The notes under the pieces were generated by a model that saw nothing but the letters and a program-made list of their open reading frames with translations, did not search any database and had not been told where the DNA came from. Shown piece by piece: positions 11,960 to 25,000 of a DNA stretch of 64,000 nucleotides; position 1 is the stretch's first letter, and each line of letters begins with the position of its first letter. This DNA is from Octopus sinensis (Eukaryota): NCBI RefSeq assembly GCF_006345805.1, contig NC_042998.1, positions 166,408,001 through 166,472,000 on the forward strand. The letters run 5' to 3'. The position numbers were made by a program, and so were the translations under genes.

Positions 11960-14181
11960 ACTTCACATTAATTAACCTTATATCTATATGGAAAACAACG
12001 TATCGAAACAATTAGTAGTACTGGACAACAGCCATGCTTGAGCGTTCCCTTGAAGGGTTTATTCGAACAAATAGACCCCAGTATATATTTTAAATCTGCT
12101 ACTTATGTTATCGTTCTGTTTTGCCGAAAAGCCAAGTTACGAGGATGTAAACAAACCAATATTGATTGTCAAGTGACTGTGGAGAACAAGCAATCATTAA
12201 CACACACAGACATACAAATATCAAATTTACTTAGTTAAAAGCAATACAGGTACCTATATATTAATATATAAATGATACAAGTTCATTGATACTGTACTGT
12301 GAAAGGTACTAATCTATGCAAAGTACCGCTAAAAATGTCTGGTGAGCACGGTAATTTGAAGTTCATGCTCGTAAATTAGTGCGGCTTATGAGATTCCGGA
12401 CCATCAGTATCCAGAAAGTTGGTACCTGTATCAGTCAAGTGGTGGAGTCAATACAGATGAATACTTCGCTATACCCCAAATGTCTTCATCTTGTATATAA
12501 AGTCATTATTATTAGTGAAGAAAGGTAAGGCGGTGAGGTAACAGAATCGTTAGCACGCCGGAGAAAGTGCTTGGTGGCATTTCGTCCGTCTTTACATTTT
12601 GTGTTCAAATTCCACCGTGGTCCGACTTTGCCTTTCATCCTTCCGTGGTTGATAGACTATGTACCAGTCAAGTACTGGGGTCGATGTAATCGATTAGCCT
12701 ACGCCTCCAAAATTTCAGGTCTTGTACCTATGATAGAAAAGATTATTAGTGAAGTAAGGGCGCTGAGCTACTAGAATCTTTACCACGACGGAGAAATGCT
12801 TAGCGGCATTTGTTCCTGCTCTACATTCTGAGTTCAAATTCCGAGGTTGACGTTGCCTTTCATCCTTTCGATGCTGATAAAATAAGCACTAGTTGAGCAC
12901 TGGGGTCGGTGTAATTGACTCCCCACTGCCCTCAAAAAATGCTCGCAAGCAGAATCATTACTACGCTGGACGAAATGCTTAGCAGCATTTCTTCCAGCTC
13001 TACATTCTGAGATCAAATTCTGCTGATATCGACTTTGAGTACAGGGTTCGATGTAATTGACTAGCCCCCTTCCAGCAAAATTTCAAGACGTGTGCCTTGT
13101 TTGCTACTTTCACTTATTTGTGAAGTTAAAGGTGATGCGCTGTCAGAATCGTTAAATATGCTTAACAACATTTTAGGGTTTCTGCTGGCTCTCTAAGTTC
13201 TGAGTTCACTTTCCACCGAGGTCGACTTTGTCATTCACCCTTTCGGAACTGGTAAAATAAAGTACTAGTCAAATACTGGAATCGATGCAAACGATGTGTC
13301 CTCTTCCCTTAAATCTGCTGACCTTGAATCTTGCGCTGTTCAGGGAAAGGTTATGATCCCTGTCATTTACACGCCGTGGAAACCCGGGTAACCGGCCTTG
13401 TACGTCCTAGTGGTGAGGGGCAAACACATTATGATTAGTGAAGTTAGAAGGGGGACTTCACATTAATTAACCTTATATCTATATGGAAAACAATGTATCG
13501 AAATAATTAGTAGTACTGGACAACAGCCATGCTTGAGCGTTCCCTTGAAGGGTTTATTCGAACAAATAGACCCCAGTATATATTTTAAGTCTGCTACTTA
13601 TGTTATCATTCTCTTTTGCCGAAAAGCCAAGTTACGAGGATGTAAACAAACCAATACTGATTGTCAAGTGACTGTGGAGAACAAGCAATCATTAACACAC
13701 ACAGACATACAAATATTAAATTTACTTAGTTAAAAGCAATACAGGTACCTATATATTTTTTTTTTTTGGAAGCACTCCGTCGGTTACGACGACGAGGGTT
13801 CCGGTTGATCCGAATCAACGGAACAGCCTGCTCGTGAAATTAACGTGTAAGTGGCTGAGCACTCCACAGACACGTGCACCCTTAACGTAGTTCTCGGGGA
13901 TATTCAGCGTGACACAGAGAGTGACAAGGCCGGCCCTTTGAAATACAGGTACAACAGAAACAGGAAGTAAGAGTGAGAGAAAGTTGTGGTGAAAGAGTAC
14001 AGCAGGGATCACCACCATCCCCTGCCGGAGCCTCGTGGAGCTTTTAGGTGTTTTCGCTCAATAAACACTCACAACGCCCGGTCTGGGAATCGAAACCGCG
14101 ATCCTATGACCGCGAGTCCGCTGCCCTAATCATTGGGCCATTGCGCCTCCACTATATATTAATATATAAATGGTATAGTTC
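11960..14181 (+). repeat. About 320-bp direct repeat pair (11960-12284; 13455-14181 with an OR SINE inserted)
   Basis: The two copies align closely with a few scattered substitutions and give twin 66-aa spurious ORFs (12038, 13533). Confidence 0.9.
13757..14151 (-). mobile_element. tRNA-Arg-derived SINE (octopus OR1/OR2-like), full length with poly(A) tail
   Basis: The head is tggaggcgcaatggcccaatgattagggcagcggactcgcggtc (TCG anticodon-like), the B box is ggtttcgattccc and there is an A tail. The TSD is ctatatat (13749-13756, 14152-14159). Confidence 0.88.
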
Positions 14182-15158
14182 TCTTTTCTTATTCTCTTTA
14201 ATAACATTACAGAATCGTTAACGCGTCGGACAAAAAACTGATCAGCATTTCTTCTAGCTCTTTAACGTTTTGTATTCAAATTTCACCAAGGTCGATTTTT
14301 CCCTTTTTTAATTTTAGAATCGACAAAATAAGTAACGGTTAAAGACAATGATGTCATTGTTAACCTTGTACTAAAATTAGATAAAAAAAAAAAGTCAGCA
14401 TTACAGAAGTTAGATAACAAGAAGTTTGTATTACTAGTACTTATTTTTGTTGTTGTTGTTGTTGTTGTCGTTTGTCTTCTGTTCAATCCTGATTAAAGGC
14501 GTTCCAGCTGTAACTACCTCGTATATATTTCCCGGAAAAGTATAACCGGATTACAATTTTATAAAGAAAGTAGGATGTGATTTCAAAGAATTTGGGTAGC
14601 TATTTCCAGCAAATCTAGTGTGCATGTTAAAACCTATATTATTAACTCACAGGAGTGACGGTAATTGACTGAGGGAGCGATAGTAGTGGTGATGGTGGTG
14701 GTGGTGGTGGTGGTGGTGGTGGTGGTGGTGTGGTGGTGGTGGTGGTGGTGGTGGTGATGGTGTTGGTGCTGGTGGTGGCGGCGGCGGTAGGAATGATAGT
14801 AGTTGAGCACAGCAGTGGTGGTAGAAGTGGTGTTATTAATAATAATGGTGGGTGTGGAGAAATTGGTAATAGTAATGGTGGGTGATTGTTGTTGTTATTG
14901 ATGGTGGTGGTAGTGGTGGTGGTGCTGACTGATGTGGAGGTGTGGTTGTGACGTCTATGAAGATGGTCTAGTTCTCTTTTCTTATTCTCTTTAATAAAGT
15001 CTCACCGACTCTCTTTCTTTCAATCCCCCTCTCCCTTTCTCCTCCGTCTACCGCTTTCTTTTTTTCTGATTACCCCTCACATCCTCACTTGTTCATGCTT
15101 TGTATTTGAGTGTGTGCAGGTGCATGTACGGATATGTGTATGTGCGTGGATACGTGTG

Positions 15159-15191
<33 letters not shown>

Positions 15192-15203
15192 ATGTGTGTG
15201 TGT

Positions 15204-15239
<36 letters not shown>

Positions 15240-15546
15240 GTCTTTGTGTATAACTTGGCTAACTCCAACTCAATACTCCTATTCCAGATATTCGCTTTTG
15301 ATCCTCATACACATTTATCCATTTAGCTATTCACACACACACATAAACTAGGGGATGGCTACTGACATTAAGCTTAAGGATTATATGATTGATTGATTCT
15401 AGTTTCAGCTCATGAGCTGTGGCCATGCTGGGGCACCGCCATATAATGAACAAGTATAAAGAAAGAATTAGAGAAAAAAAGGACTTATTATATTGAGAGT
15501 TATCGATAATATCAAGTGGAAATAGGGGGTGCTGCAGACCATAAAG

Positions 15547-15603
<57 letters not shown>

Positions 15604-16574
15604 TCACATTCTGTGTGTGTATATATATATATATCTGTAAATGTAATATGTGACAATTATTCGGTAGCCATGATAAAACTCCAAATTCTCCATTTACATA
15701 ATGTCGAGGTCTCTTTCTTTCTTTTGTTGTCTTACCATTTTTATCAATATATATATATATATATATATATATATCATCCCCTCTTTTGTGCCCCTACACC
15801 TTTGTCTGCTTGCTCCCACGTGGCTACAGGCCATTTCGCTCACCTCTGTCTTTTCTGGACGCGACGTCCACTTAGATAGACGCCATTTTCCTAGCTTCCC
15901 GATATTTTTCTTTTTTTTTTCTCTTCTACTATTTTCTTCCCTTCTATTTATTCTACATCCTTTCAAAATTTGTCCCAGACGTTACCCATCACAATGCGTC
16001 TTGGCCTAACGATCCTTAATGTTTGTCTTCGTCAACTGTTTACTCTGTACGTCCACTCTGTGATTGTTTGTTCATTCGAAGCTCTAACTTTCCCCAAATT
16101 TTATATTTTTAACATTTCTGGATGCTGCTGTTTTACGAAGGTTTCTTATCTTGTCGTTGAAAGCTCGAAATGGGGAGTAATTAACAGATGACAACTGAAG
16201 AGCGGTTAGACTTCTTTTGGGATTTTGTCCTGTACTTGTCTCTCATTATGTGTTTACATATTTTTCACTCATTGGCGATGTCCTGTTCCTATTGAGTATT
16301 ATTTTAGTATCCTGTCCTGTACTTATCTCTCGTGTGTTTACGTATTTTTCACTCGTTGGTGATGTCCTGTACATGGACAGGCAGGCAGAAACAAGGAAAA
16401 TGCCACTTGTGTTTGAACACTATACAAATATTCTTTAAAAAAAAAACTTTTCTTTTAAATTTTCTAAATTTAATTATTTAATTGTTACAGTTGAAAAAGT
16501 CTCAATGACTGAAACCGGTACTGAAATGCTTTTTATAAAATTATTTTAGCATTTTCTATCTTAAATTTTTTTTC

Positions 16575-16715
<141 letters not shown>

Positions 16716-16721
16716 CAGACT

Positions 16722-16763
<42 letters not shown>

Positions 16764-16776
16764 CAAACAGACAGAC

Positions 16777-16807
<31 letters not shown>

Positions 16808-16851
16808 TAGACAGACAGACAGATAGACAGACAGCTAGCTAGCTAGGTAGC

Positions 16852-16911
<60 letters not shown>

Positions 16912-18003
16912 AAAATGAAAGAAAAGCAGACAAACAGGAAAATAGAAAGATTGATTGAGGGAAATTAAGCGAAAAATACGAACAATAGATTGACAGATGA
17001 TTGGATACTTAAGATACAAACTAGATACAAACAAGAAAGAAAATTTGCAGAATGAAAACCATCACATGCACCTGCACTGCGCCCATACCTCCTCGACCTT
17101 GCCGCAGCCATTTTTGCCACAACCCTAGCCACCGTAGCCACCGCCATTACACCACGACACACTTTATTACTAATAACATCAACAAAAACAACTTCCATAG
17201 CAACCACAGGCCCCTCCCCATCTTCAGTTGCTATTAGACTGCTTCAATCACCTCTATCATTATTCTTGCAACTGCAACTGCAACTACTGAGGTCATAGTC
17301 ACTACTTCCACTAACACCTCTACAACCACCACCACAACCATCACCCCTATCACAACCACCACCATCACCACCACCACCACCACCACTATCAAATCATAAG
17401 TCAGTAACTATAGCTAGCGAGGTCACTATCATTAACACCACCAACACCATCACCACCATCGTCAGCCACTACCATATTTATTTACCACACACCAGCACCT
17501 TCTGCACCTTCAGGTGTCGCAATCCCCCCCCCCCACACACACACTACTATAGTTATGCTTCACTGAGTTCTGCCAGTTGTTACCAACACGGCAAACACCA
17601 CCAAGAAAGAAGGATGCCCCTCCGTGATCAATCGATCTATCCACTAGAAATAGTAACCAAATCTCACTCAAATCTCAGATCTTGCCGTCCTACATAAAAA
17701 ATACATATTTGATAATGTAAGTTCTGGATAAACTATACTTTGGATAGGAGTCTAGATTGTCACGGCAAATGTGCCTTTAACTTTTTTTAAAGTTTTCTTT
17801 ATTTTGCCCCCGATTAGGTTTGACGTTACCTGGCTCAAAACAACATCAACAACAGAGCCGATACGAGAAGTCGTTATCCCAACCATGGGTAACCTATTCA
17901 AGAAGCAGGCTGCATGAGACGTGAGTAATCATCAGACTAAATAATTCATGGTAATTTTTCATTTAGGCGTGCCTAAAAGTTAACATTTATATTACTACGC
18001 CTG

Positions 18004-18400
18004 TAAGGCGGCGAGCTGGCAGAATCGTTAGCACGCCGGGGGAAATACTTAGCGATATTTCGTCTGTCGCTACGTTCTGAGTTCAAATTCCGCAGAGGTC
18101 GACTTTGCCTTTCATCCTTTCGGGGTCGATTAAATAAGTACCAATTACGCACTGGGGTCGATGTAATCGACTTAATCCGTTTGTCTGTCCTTGTTTGTCC
18201 TCTCTGTGTTTAGCCCCTTGTGGGTAGTAAAGAAATGGGTATTTCATCTGTTTTTATGTTCTAAGTTCAAATTCGGCCGCGGCCGACTTTGCTTTCATCC
18301 TTCGGGGTCGATGAAGTAAGATCCAATTTAGCACTGGGGTCGATGTAATCCACTAGCCTCGTCCTACCAAATTTCAGGCCTAATACTTATAGTGGGACTG
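18004..18400 (+). mobile_element. Composite family A SINE dimer (long + short body)
   Basis: The long-unit tail aaagaaatgggtatt runs directly into the internal tcatctg...gttcaaattc of a short-type body. Confidence 0.8.
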
Positions 18401-21400
18401 ACTATAACTATGGCTGTAACTAGTTTCTTCTTCAGTCATTACTAGTAGTAGCAGTAGTAATAGTTACCTTGAAAATATTCCTACCTTCTCTTGACAGCAA
18501 GAACAACTAAGCGGTTGTAAAACATATAGTATAGTTTGTGATAATGTATTTGAAGGCAGAGGGAAATAATCTAAAACTGACTAGAAAATAAGTATGTGAT
18601 GAAAGAACAATATTAGTGAATAACTAATATTGTTTTTATTGTTTTGGTAAGTGCAAGCTATTACTTCGGACATATTTAAACCTTATTACGATTTAATCAG
18701 CGTAGCACAGACTTCATCGTATTTGTTGAAAATGTGTTGAAAGAATTACTAATTAATTATAAAAACAATGTGCATGACTGCACAAAATCTAAGCGTAGGT
18801 AAACAGAATTGTTTAGAGAATAGTCAAATTATGCGCTGAAGTATATATCACGTAATATTAGACTGCACTGCACATTGCTAAATTGCTGCATAATTAAATT
18901 ACACTAATGATGTTTATACTACATTGCATTGTACAAACAAAGATCAATCTCCACGTGAATTATATAGCAGGAAACAAGATTTTTCTGTCATTTTTTAAAT
19001 GGTAGTTATCTACTCTTGACTAAGGTAGTGATTCTCAATCTGACTGACATTAATTTTTCAGTCTTTACGTTGTGTTCAAATTCCGCCGAGGTTTACTTTT
19101 CGTTTCATCCTATTGGGATCGATAAAATAAGCACCAGCTGAACTCTGGGTTTCATGCAATCGACTAAAGCCCTCCCCCAAAGTTCAGGCTTTGTGCTTGT
19201 AATAGAAAAAAAATATATATAAGCTTGTAAATTGTCTCTGATTTAAGCATAAGGCCAACAATTGTGAGATGAGGTGGCTACTAAAGGGGTGAAAGTTGAC
19301 GTTGCCGTTATTTGAACCCAGAATGTAGAGTCAAAAAAGTTACCTACACTCCAACGAATCAGTCAATCCTCCGAGAAAACAAACTGGAACAGGCATACAT
19401 AATTCTTTCCTTACCACACATTTTACAATACTTACTGACCCCACCTCAGAGATGTCACAAGATTGAAGGTCTTATGAAACATCTTAAACATTTAATAATC
19501 ATCTCTGGTGTATACCACACAGCCACAAATTTCAAGGGCGAGTAAAGTCGAAATCGACCGCGAAATATAAAAGGGAAGGTTTAAACCAGTGAGATTTCAA
19601 CTTAAAATCATTAAACGACATGCAGATTTTCAGATAATTCTGTCATAAGTATATTCTTTCAAAATCTTTTCGGAACTCTCTTATCTTTTAGTCAATATGA
19701 AGAACTTTTGCACTGCAACAACAACTTTCTCATCAGTTTTAAGAAATTTGAAGAATATCTTGTTTCTTTGGAATCATTACGCCAGCTTTTATAACAGAAT
19801 TTTGGTGTCATACTTAAGCAAAAGGCCTGACCTTTATAAAGGGCGATAATGAATATGTATGACATTTGTATCTTTCTAATAGTTATTATTGGCAAAAGTA
19901 GATCAGTTGAGTTGGAAGAATAGTCGGATGCTAAACTTAATTTTCGGAGTGTTTAATAATGTGTTTCTTGAAGTCCAAATTCCAAATGGTGCTTCATTTG
20001 TGAAGGTGGAGACCTGGTAAAATCGTTAGCATACCAGATACAATACTTATGTCTTTACGCTCTGATTTCAAATTCCGCTGAGGTCGACTTTGCCTTTCAT
20101 CCTTCGCGGTAGATAAAGTACCAGTGGATCACAGGAATCGATGTAATCGACTAGGCTCTTCTTTCTTCAAAATTTCTGGCCTTTTGCCTACGGCAGAATG
20201 GATGATTGGCAAACGTGAAATAATTGTCCTCGACGGTCAATTATAACTATTGCAGATTCAACATTCTGAAGGTCTGCTTCAGCATTATGATTCACACAAT
20301 TTATACCTACTTGATGAAGTAACAAGTAATGGCAAACTAATGCGAAGAATTCAACCTATTGTCCAAGAAATAAGCATCAATGCAGTGACTGTATTCGCTT
20401 TTATAATCAAGTATGCGCTGTCCTGAATACTAGACATGGTCTGACATTGTCTACTCGACCTATCTAATTGGAGGTTTACGACAGTTGAAACCACTTATTC
20501 GTAATGTTTTCTTCCGATCTTAAATATAAAAATAATATACTAGAACTTAATTGTAATTAATAGACAGCCAGGAAGAAATTAATTATTGTCAAAAATGTGT
20601 TACAAGCAAGCTTAAGTGCCCGTCTTCAACGACGTTACGAATGCTCACAAATAGATATTGTTACCGATTGAAATTCTTTACCTTAAACTATATTTCATAT
20701 TAACTCAGGAGACTTAATCATCGTCAGACCGATCCCAATATCAAAGTGACACTTTTCATTTTTTCTATCTGGTATGATGAATTGTAAAGTTCACTACAGT
20801 AGCATTAAGCGTTTTAACTAAATCCAACACATCATTCTGTTAGATGTCCAACCGATTATCCAATACACAGCTATTAAATATATTGCTAATATTGCTTCCA
20901 TTAAAAGATTAAAATACGAAATATTACATATTATTTCTTTATTACCCACAAGGGGCTAAACACGGAGAGGACAAACAAGGACAGACAAACGGATTAAGTC
21001 GATTATATCGACCCCAGTGCGTAACTGGTACTTATTTAATCGACCCCGAAAGGATGAAAGGCAAAGTCGACCTCGGCGGAATTTGAACTCAGAACATAAC
21101 GGCAGACGAAATACGGCAACGCATTTCGCCCGGCGTGCTAACATTTCTGCCAGCTCGCCGCCTTAAAATACGAAATATTACATATATAGTGTGTTACCTC
21201 GCTCTTTTCTCTTTTTATTCATGCTTCCTTTCGAAGCTTTTGTTTACAATTCCAATTGCAATGATTTACTAAAAGTGTAAACAGGCAAATATACCAGGGA
21301 AAAACATAAATAAAAAACAAAATGAAAACACTTGAAGTATGCAGCGTAGACCTATTATCTAAATCTTATTTTTGCTCTTGTTATAAGTGGTTCGTAATGT

Positions 21401-22187
21401 CAATGAATAGAGGTGGGTGACGTGGGAGCAATAAATCTGCTGACATTACACACAAGAATAACACCTGCAGTCGGCCCCCTAATTCCAGATAAAACAAGGC
21501 ATAAATCACTGCTATTATGAGCAATGTGAAAATAATTTATCTACGGAGTAGCTTCTTTGAAATTCTCACCTTTGGTCATCGTTGCTCTATTTGACTATTC
21601 ACGTTGTTCCTGTTTAGCCTCGATAGATTCATTTGATCTATGAGCAAAAGCATTCCAGCTATAATTTTGCCTTTTTATTTCAGGATTAGTATGTCTTGAA
21701 CTACAGTATCCAATATGTTTTTTTTTATTTTAGACTGCAGAATGTCTTACGAGAAAGATCTAGCTTCTATTTCTAGCTGCATGTGCAAACACATACAGAC
21801 AGTCTCGTTTGCTCGTATTAACATGTTTGTTGTTTCAGTGAACCGTTAGCGTTGATTATTAGTTGTTTATTCTTAAAGACACGAAAAATAGCAGGCAGAA
21901 ATGCAAGAAAGAAAGATAGAATAAAAAGAAATTAAGAAAATAATGAAAAATATGTCAAGGATCAAATGAAATAACGATTTTTCATTGGTCAAAATACTGG
22001 AATAAATAACCTGCCGTAGTATCGAAGTTATTAAACTTCACAGAATGATTTACATAAACCCTCATTATTTATAGGAAAGGGTTCAAGAGGAATCTAATCC
22101 AAAACTGGCACGGATCGCTGTACTCTTCTGGTACTTTCGACAACCTAATTCTGGAAAGCAGTTTCGAACTTTTCTAATTCTGGCCAT

Positions 22188-22822
22188 AGATGTTGTTTAA
22201 CTCCCAAGTCTGTCCCAGTGGTGAAGAATTTTGATCAAAGGAACAGCTTGTTCAATGTCTTATGGTATTTAGAACTCATTCCACGCATTCGGGGTCATAT
22301 TACCGATTCCAATCAAACGTCGCCCTTTTCAAGCCTAACCAGGCTCATGGGCCTGGTTTCCCGGTTTCTGTGGCGTATGTGTCCCCCCCCAGTTGGACGG
22401 GACACCAGTCCATCGCAGCGTTACTCAAGAAACAGGAATAGAGAGAAAGTTGTGGCGAAAGAGTACAACAGGGGTCGCCACCAACCCCTGCCGGAGCTTC
22501 GTGGAGATGTTGTTTAACTCCCAAGTCTGTCCCAGTGGTGAAGAATTTTGATCAAAGGAACAGCTTGTTCAATGTCTTATGGTATTTAGAACTCATTCCA
22601 CGCATTCGGGGTCAATATTACCGATTCCAATCAAACGTCGCCCTTTTCAAGCCTAACCAGGCTCATGGGCCTGGTTTCCCGGTTTCTGTGGCGTATGTGT
22701 CCCCCCCCCCCAGTTGGACGGGACACCAGTCCATCGCAGCGTTACTCAAGAAACAGGAATAGAGAGAAAGTTGTGGCGAAAGAGTACAACAGGGGTCGCC
22801 ACCAACCCCTGCCGGAGCTTCG
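22188..22822. repeat. Near-perfect tandem duplication, about 317-bp unit
   Basis: 22188-22504 is repeated at 22505-22822 and contains flank plus the 3' half of the SINE. The junction has an ag microhomology. Confidence 0.9.
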
Positions 22823-22938
22823 TGGAGCTTTTAGGTGTTTCCGCTCAATAAACACACAGAGCGCCCGGTCTGGGAATCGAAACTGCGATCCTCCGACCGC
22901 GAGTCCGCTGCCCTAACCACTGGGCCATTGCACCTCCA
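22632..22938 (-). mobile_element. OR-like SINE with an alternative 3' half (gcgatggactgg..cccgtcca..cagaaaccggga domain)
   Basis: It has the same tRNA-Arg head as 13757 but a different tail. The TSD is ccgattccaat (22621-22631, 22939-22949). Confidence 0.85.
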
Positions 22939-23411
22939 CCGATTCCAATAACTCTCATTATTTCTAGGAAAGGATTCAAGAGAAATCTAATTCAAAACTA
23001 GTACGGATCGCTGTACACTTCTGGCACTTTTGACAACCCGATTCTTGAAAGTAACTTTTCTGTTTTTGGCTATAGATGTTGTTTAACACCCAAGTCGGTC
23101 CCAATGAAGCAGAATTTTGATCAACGGAAAAGCTTGCTCATTCTCTTATGGTATTTAGACGCCTTCTACACATTCTGAATTCAGATGTCACCGAAGTTCA
23201 CGTTGCCTTTCACCCATAAAGCCTGTCTTCATTTTTCGGACATACTTTATTGAGGACTGCTTAGTGACCCACCTTTTGAAAGTTGTTTAGTACAACAACA
23301 TAAAGGGTTCTTCATTGGCTTCGGACTTTAGCTAAATCGCTTGCAGAAAGAAACTTTTCACCGTTCTCCACAATGTTGAAATACAATTGTTACAAGAAAT
23401 TTGTATCTGAT

Positions 23412-23442
<31 letters not shown>

Positions 23443-23478
23443 CACGTACACATGCACACAGATATATAGGTCTCTCTT

Positions 23479-23551
<73 letters not shown>

Positions 23552-23659
23552 CCTGCTCGCTTAGCCAGCGGGGTGGCGTCATTCGAAAGCTAAAACAATG
23601 CGAACGCATTGTGACCAGCGATGTGTAACAACATCTGAGGGTCTGGTCGGTCATGTGAT

Positions 23660-23707
<48 letters not shown>

Positions 23708-23844
23708 TATACACAAACACACACTCACACATGCACGCATACATACACACACATACATACATATATATATTAAGAAAAAGAGGCAGAATATTGGATTATC
23801 CAAAATTCTGACTGCTTCCATTTTCTTAATATACAATATCTGTA

Positions 23845-23993
23845 CATCACATTATTTACATTATTTACAATTGACGGATATTTGTCCTCATCTTGTTTGT
23901 TGTTAACGTTTCGGCTGATATACTCTCCAGCCTTCATCAGGTGTCTTGAGGAAATTGCGAATCTGGGTTCTCATTCCTAAGGTATTTTTCGAT
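23845..23993 (-). mobile_element. Penelope-like element terminal fragment carrying a hammerhead-like core
   Basis: The minus strand reads gacac-ctgatga-a-ggctg-gagagtatat-cagcc-gaaa-cgtt, followed by an A-rich aaataatgtaaataatgt end. This resembles the minimal hammerheads of Penelope termini. Confidence 0.6.
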
Positions 23994-24003
23994 GTTGTTG
24001 TTG

Positions 24004-24037
<34 letters not shown>

Positions 24038-24039
<2 letters not shown>

Positions 24040-24505
24040 TATGTTTGACTTTTGCTTTATGTCTGTACAAGTTGGCTCCAAATCTCACCCAGAGACCTCA
24101 AGAGACAACAGGTTGGAAGTTCTGTGCCATATATTTGGGTTTTTTTTTTTTTGGTGTTGTACTAGTGAATGTCTAATACATAAAAATAAAATTTTAAAAA
24201 AAATAAATAAATAAAAATAAAAATAAAAAAAGGTTTGTTTTAAACCTTGGGATTACATAGAGAGTATTTTGCGTAGGATATGAGCAGTTCCCATGAGCAC
24301 TATCTTTTGAATTTCTGCCATTTTGGGGGTTCCTGGTATCTGAGTTAGGTAGCAATCAGTCCCTTTCGCTATCATTCCCAGGGCACCTATGACAACAGGT
24401 ATTGTTTTAGTCTTCAGCTTCCACATTTTGCTGATTTCTATTTCAAGATCTTTATATTTGCTCAGTTTTTGGTAGGTCTTGACAGATACGTTTATATCGA
24501 TTGGG

Positions 24506-24508
<3 letters not shown>
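24038..24508 (-). mobile_element. 5'-truncated Dong/R4-type retrotransposon 3' end, flanked by (TAA)n on both sides
   Basis: PIDINVSVKTYQKLSKYKDLEIEISKMWKLKTKTIPVVIGALGMI...EIQKIVLMGTAHILRKILSM* (stop at 24253-24255), then a 3' UTR and (aat)n. Confidence 0.85.
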
Positions 24509-24550
<42 letters not shown>

Positions 24551-24551
<1 letters not shown>

Positions 24552-24620
24552 TCAGGTCACTGCCTGGAATCGAACTTGGAATCTTGGGGTTAGTAGCCCG
24601 CGCTCTTAACCACTACGCCA
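24551..24620 (-). mobile_element. Short tRNA-derived SINE with (AAT)n tail
   Basis: The minus strand reads ggcgtagtggttaagagc (A box) ... gttcgattcc (B box) gcagtgacctgaatat, followed by (aat)n at 24509-24550. Confidence 0.7.
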
Positions 24621-24621
24621 T

Positions 24622-25000
24622 ATGGGAGGTAGCACCGTGACGTTATTTTGGGACAGCTGCTAATCACATACGTGATGTCTTCCACAGAAACTTGACATAA
24701 CCTATACATGCAGTTGCACCTTGGGATTACAAGATCGTCACTGTCTCTCTTGTTCACCAGGTATTTTGAGGCAATCTCCTGTTCTTGGATTGCAAACGCA
24801 TAGCCTTCAAAGTGTGATGTGATGTAATGGTTTTTGTGTCCAAGAGAGGCTGCGCTTCGTGTCTCCTTCAAGCTTCCGGGCAACATACCAATGTGTGGTC
24901 TTTTTTTTTTGGAGCTGTATAGGAGATCATCAGGAAGAGAGTGCTTCTCGAGGAGCTCACTGCCAACTCGTATAATATTACTCACTTCACTTTTCAACAT
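24622..25000 (-). mobile_element. Dong/R4-type retrotransposon fragment (pre-CCHC and CCHC region)
   Basis: SHFEGYAFAIQEQEIASKYLVNKRD...RLCQVSVEDITYVISSCPK, followed by a SINE head. Confidence 0.75.

Larger units (their letters stand above)
9826..14350 (+). repeat. Dense cluster of more than 12 diverged family A SINEs, nearly all head-to-tail on + (one inverted at about 11700-11895)
   Basis: gagctggcagaatcgttagc...gttctgagttcaaattcc units recur near 9826, 10052, 10515, 10733, 10970, 11130, 11325, 11560, 12530, 12755, 12945, 13130 and 14210. Confidence 0.85.

Noticed and set aside
20256-20410. Possible plus-strand exon (IQHSEGLLQHYDSHNLYLLDEV...), flanked by cag and gtatgc
   Set aside because: No recognisable homology and no partner exons. 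It needs RNA-seq or tBLASTn to support.
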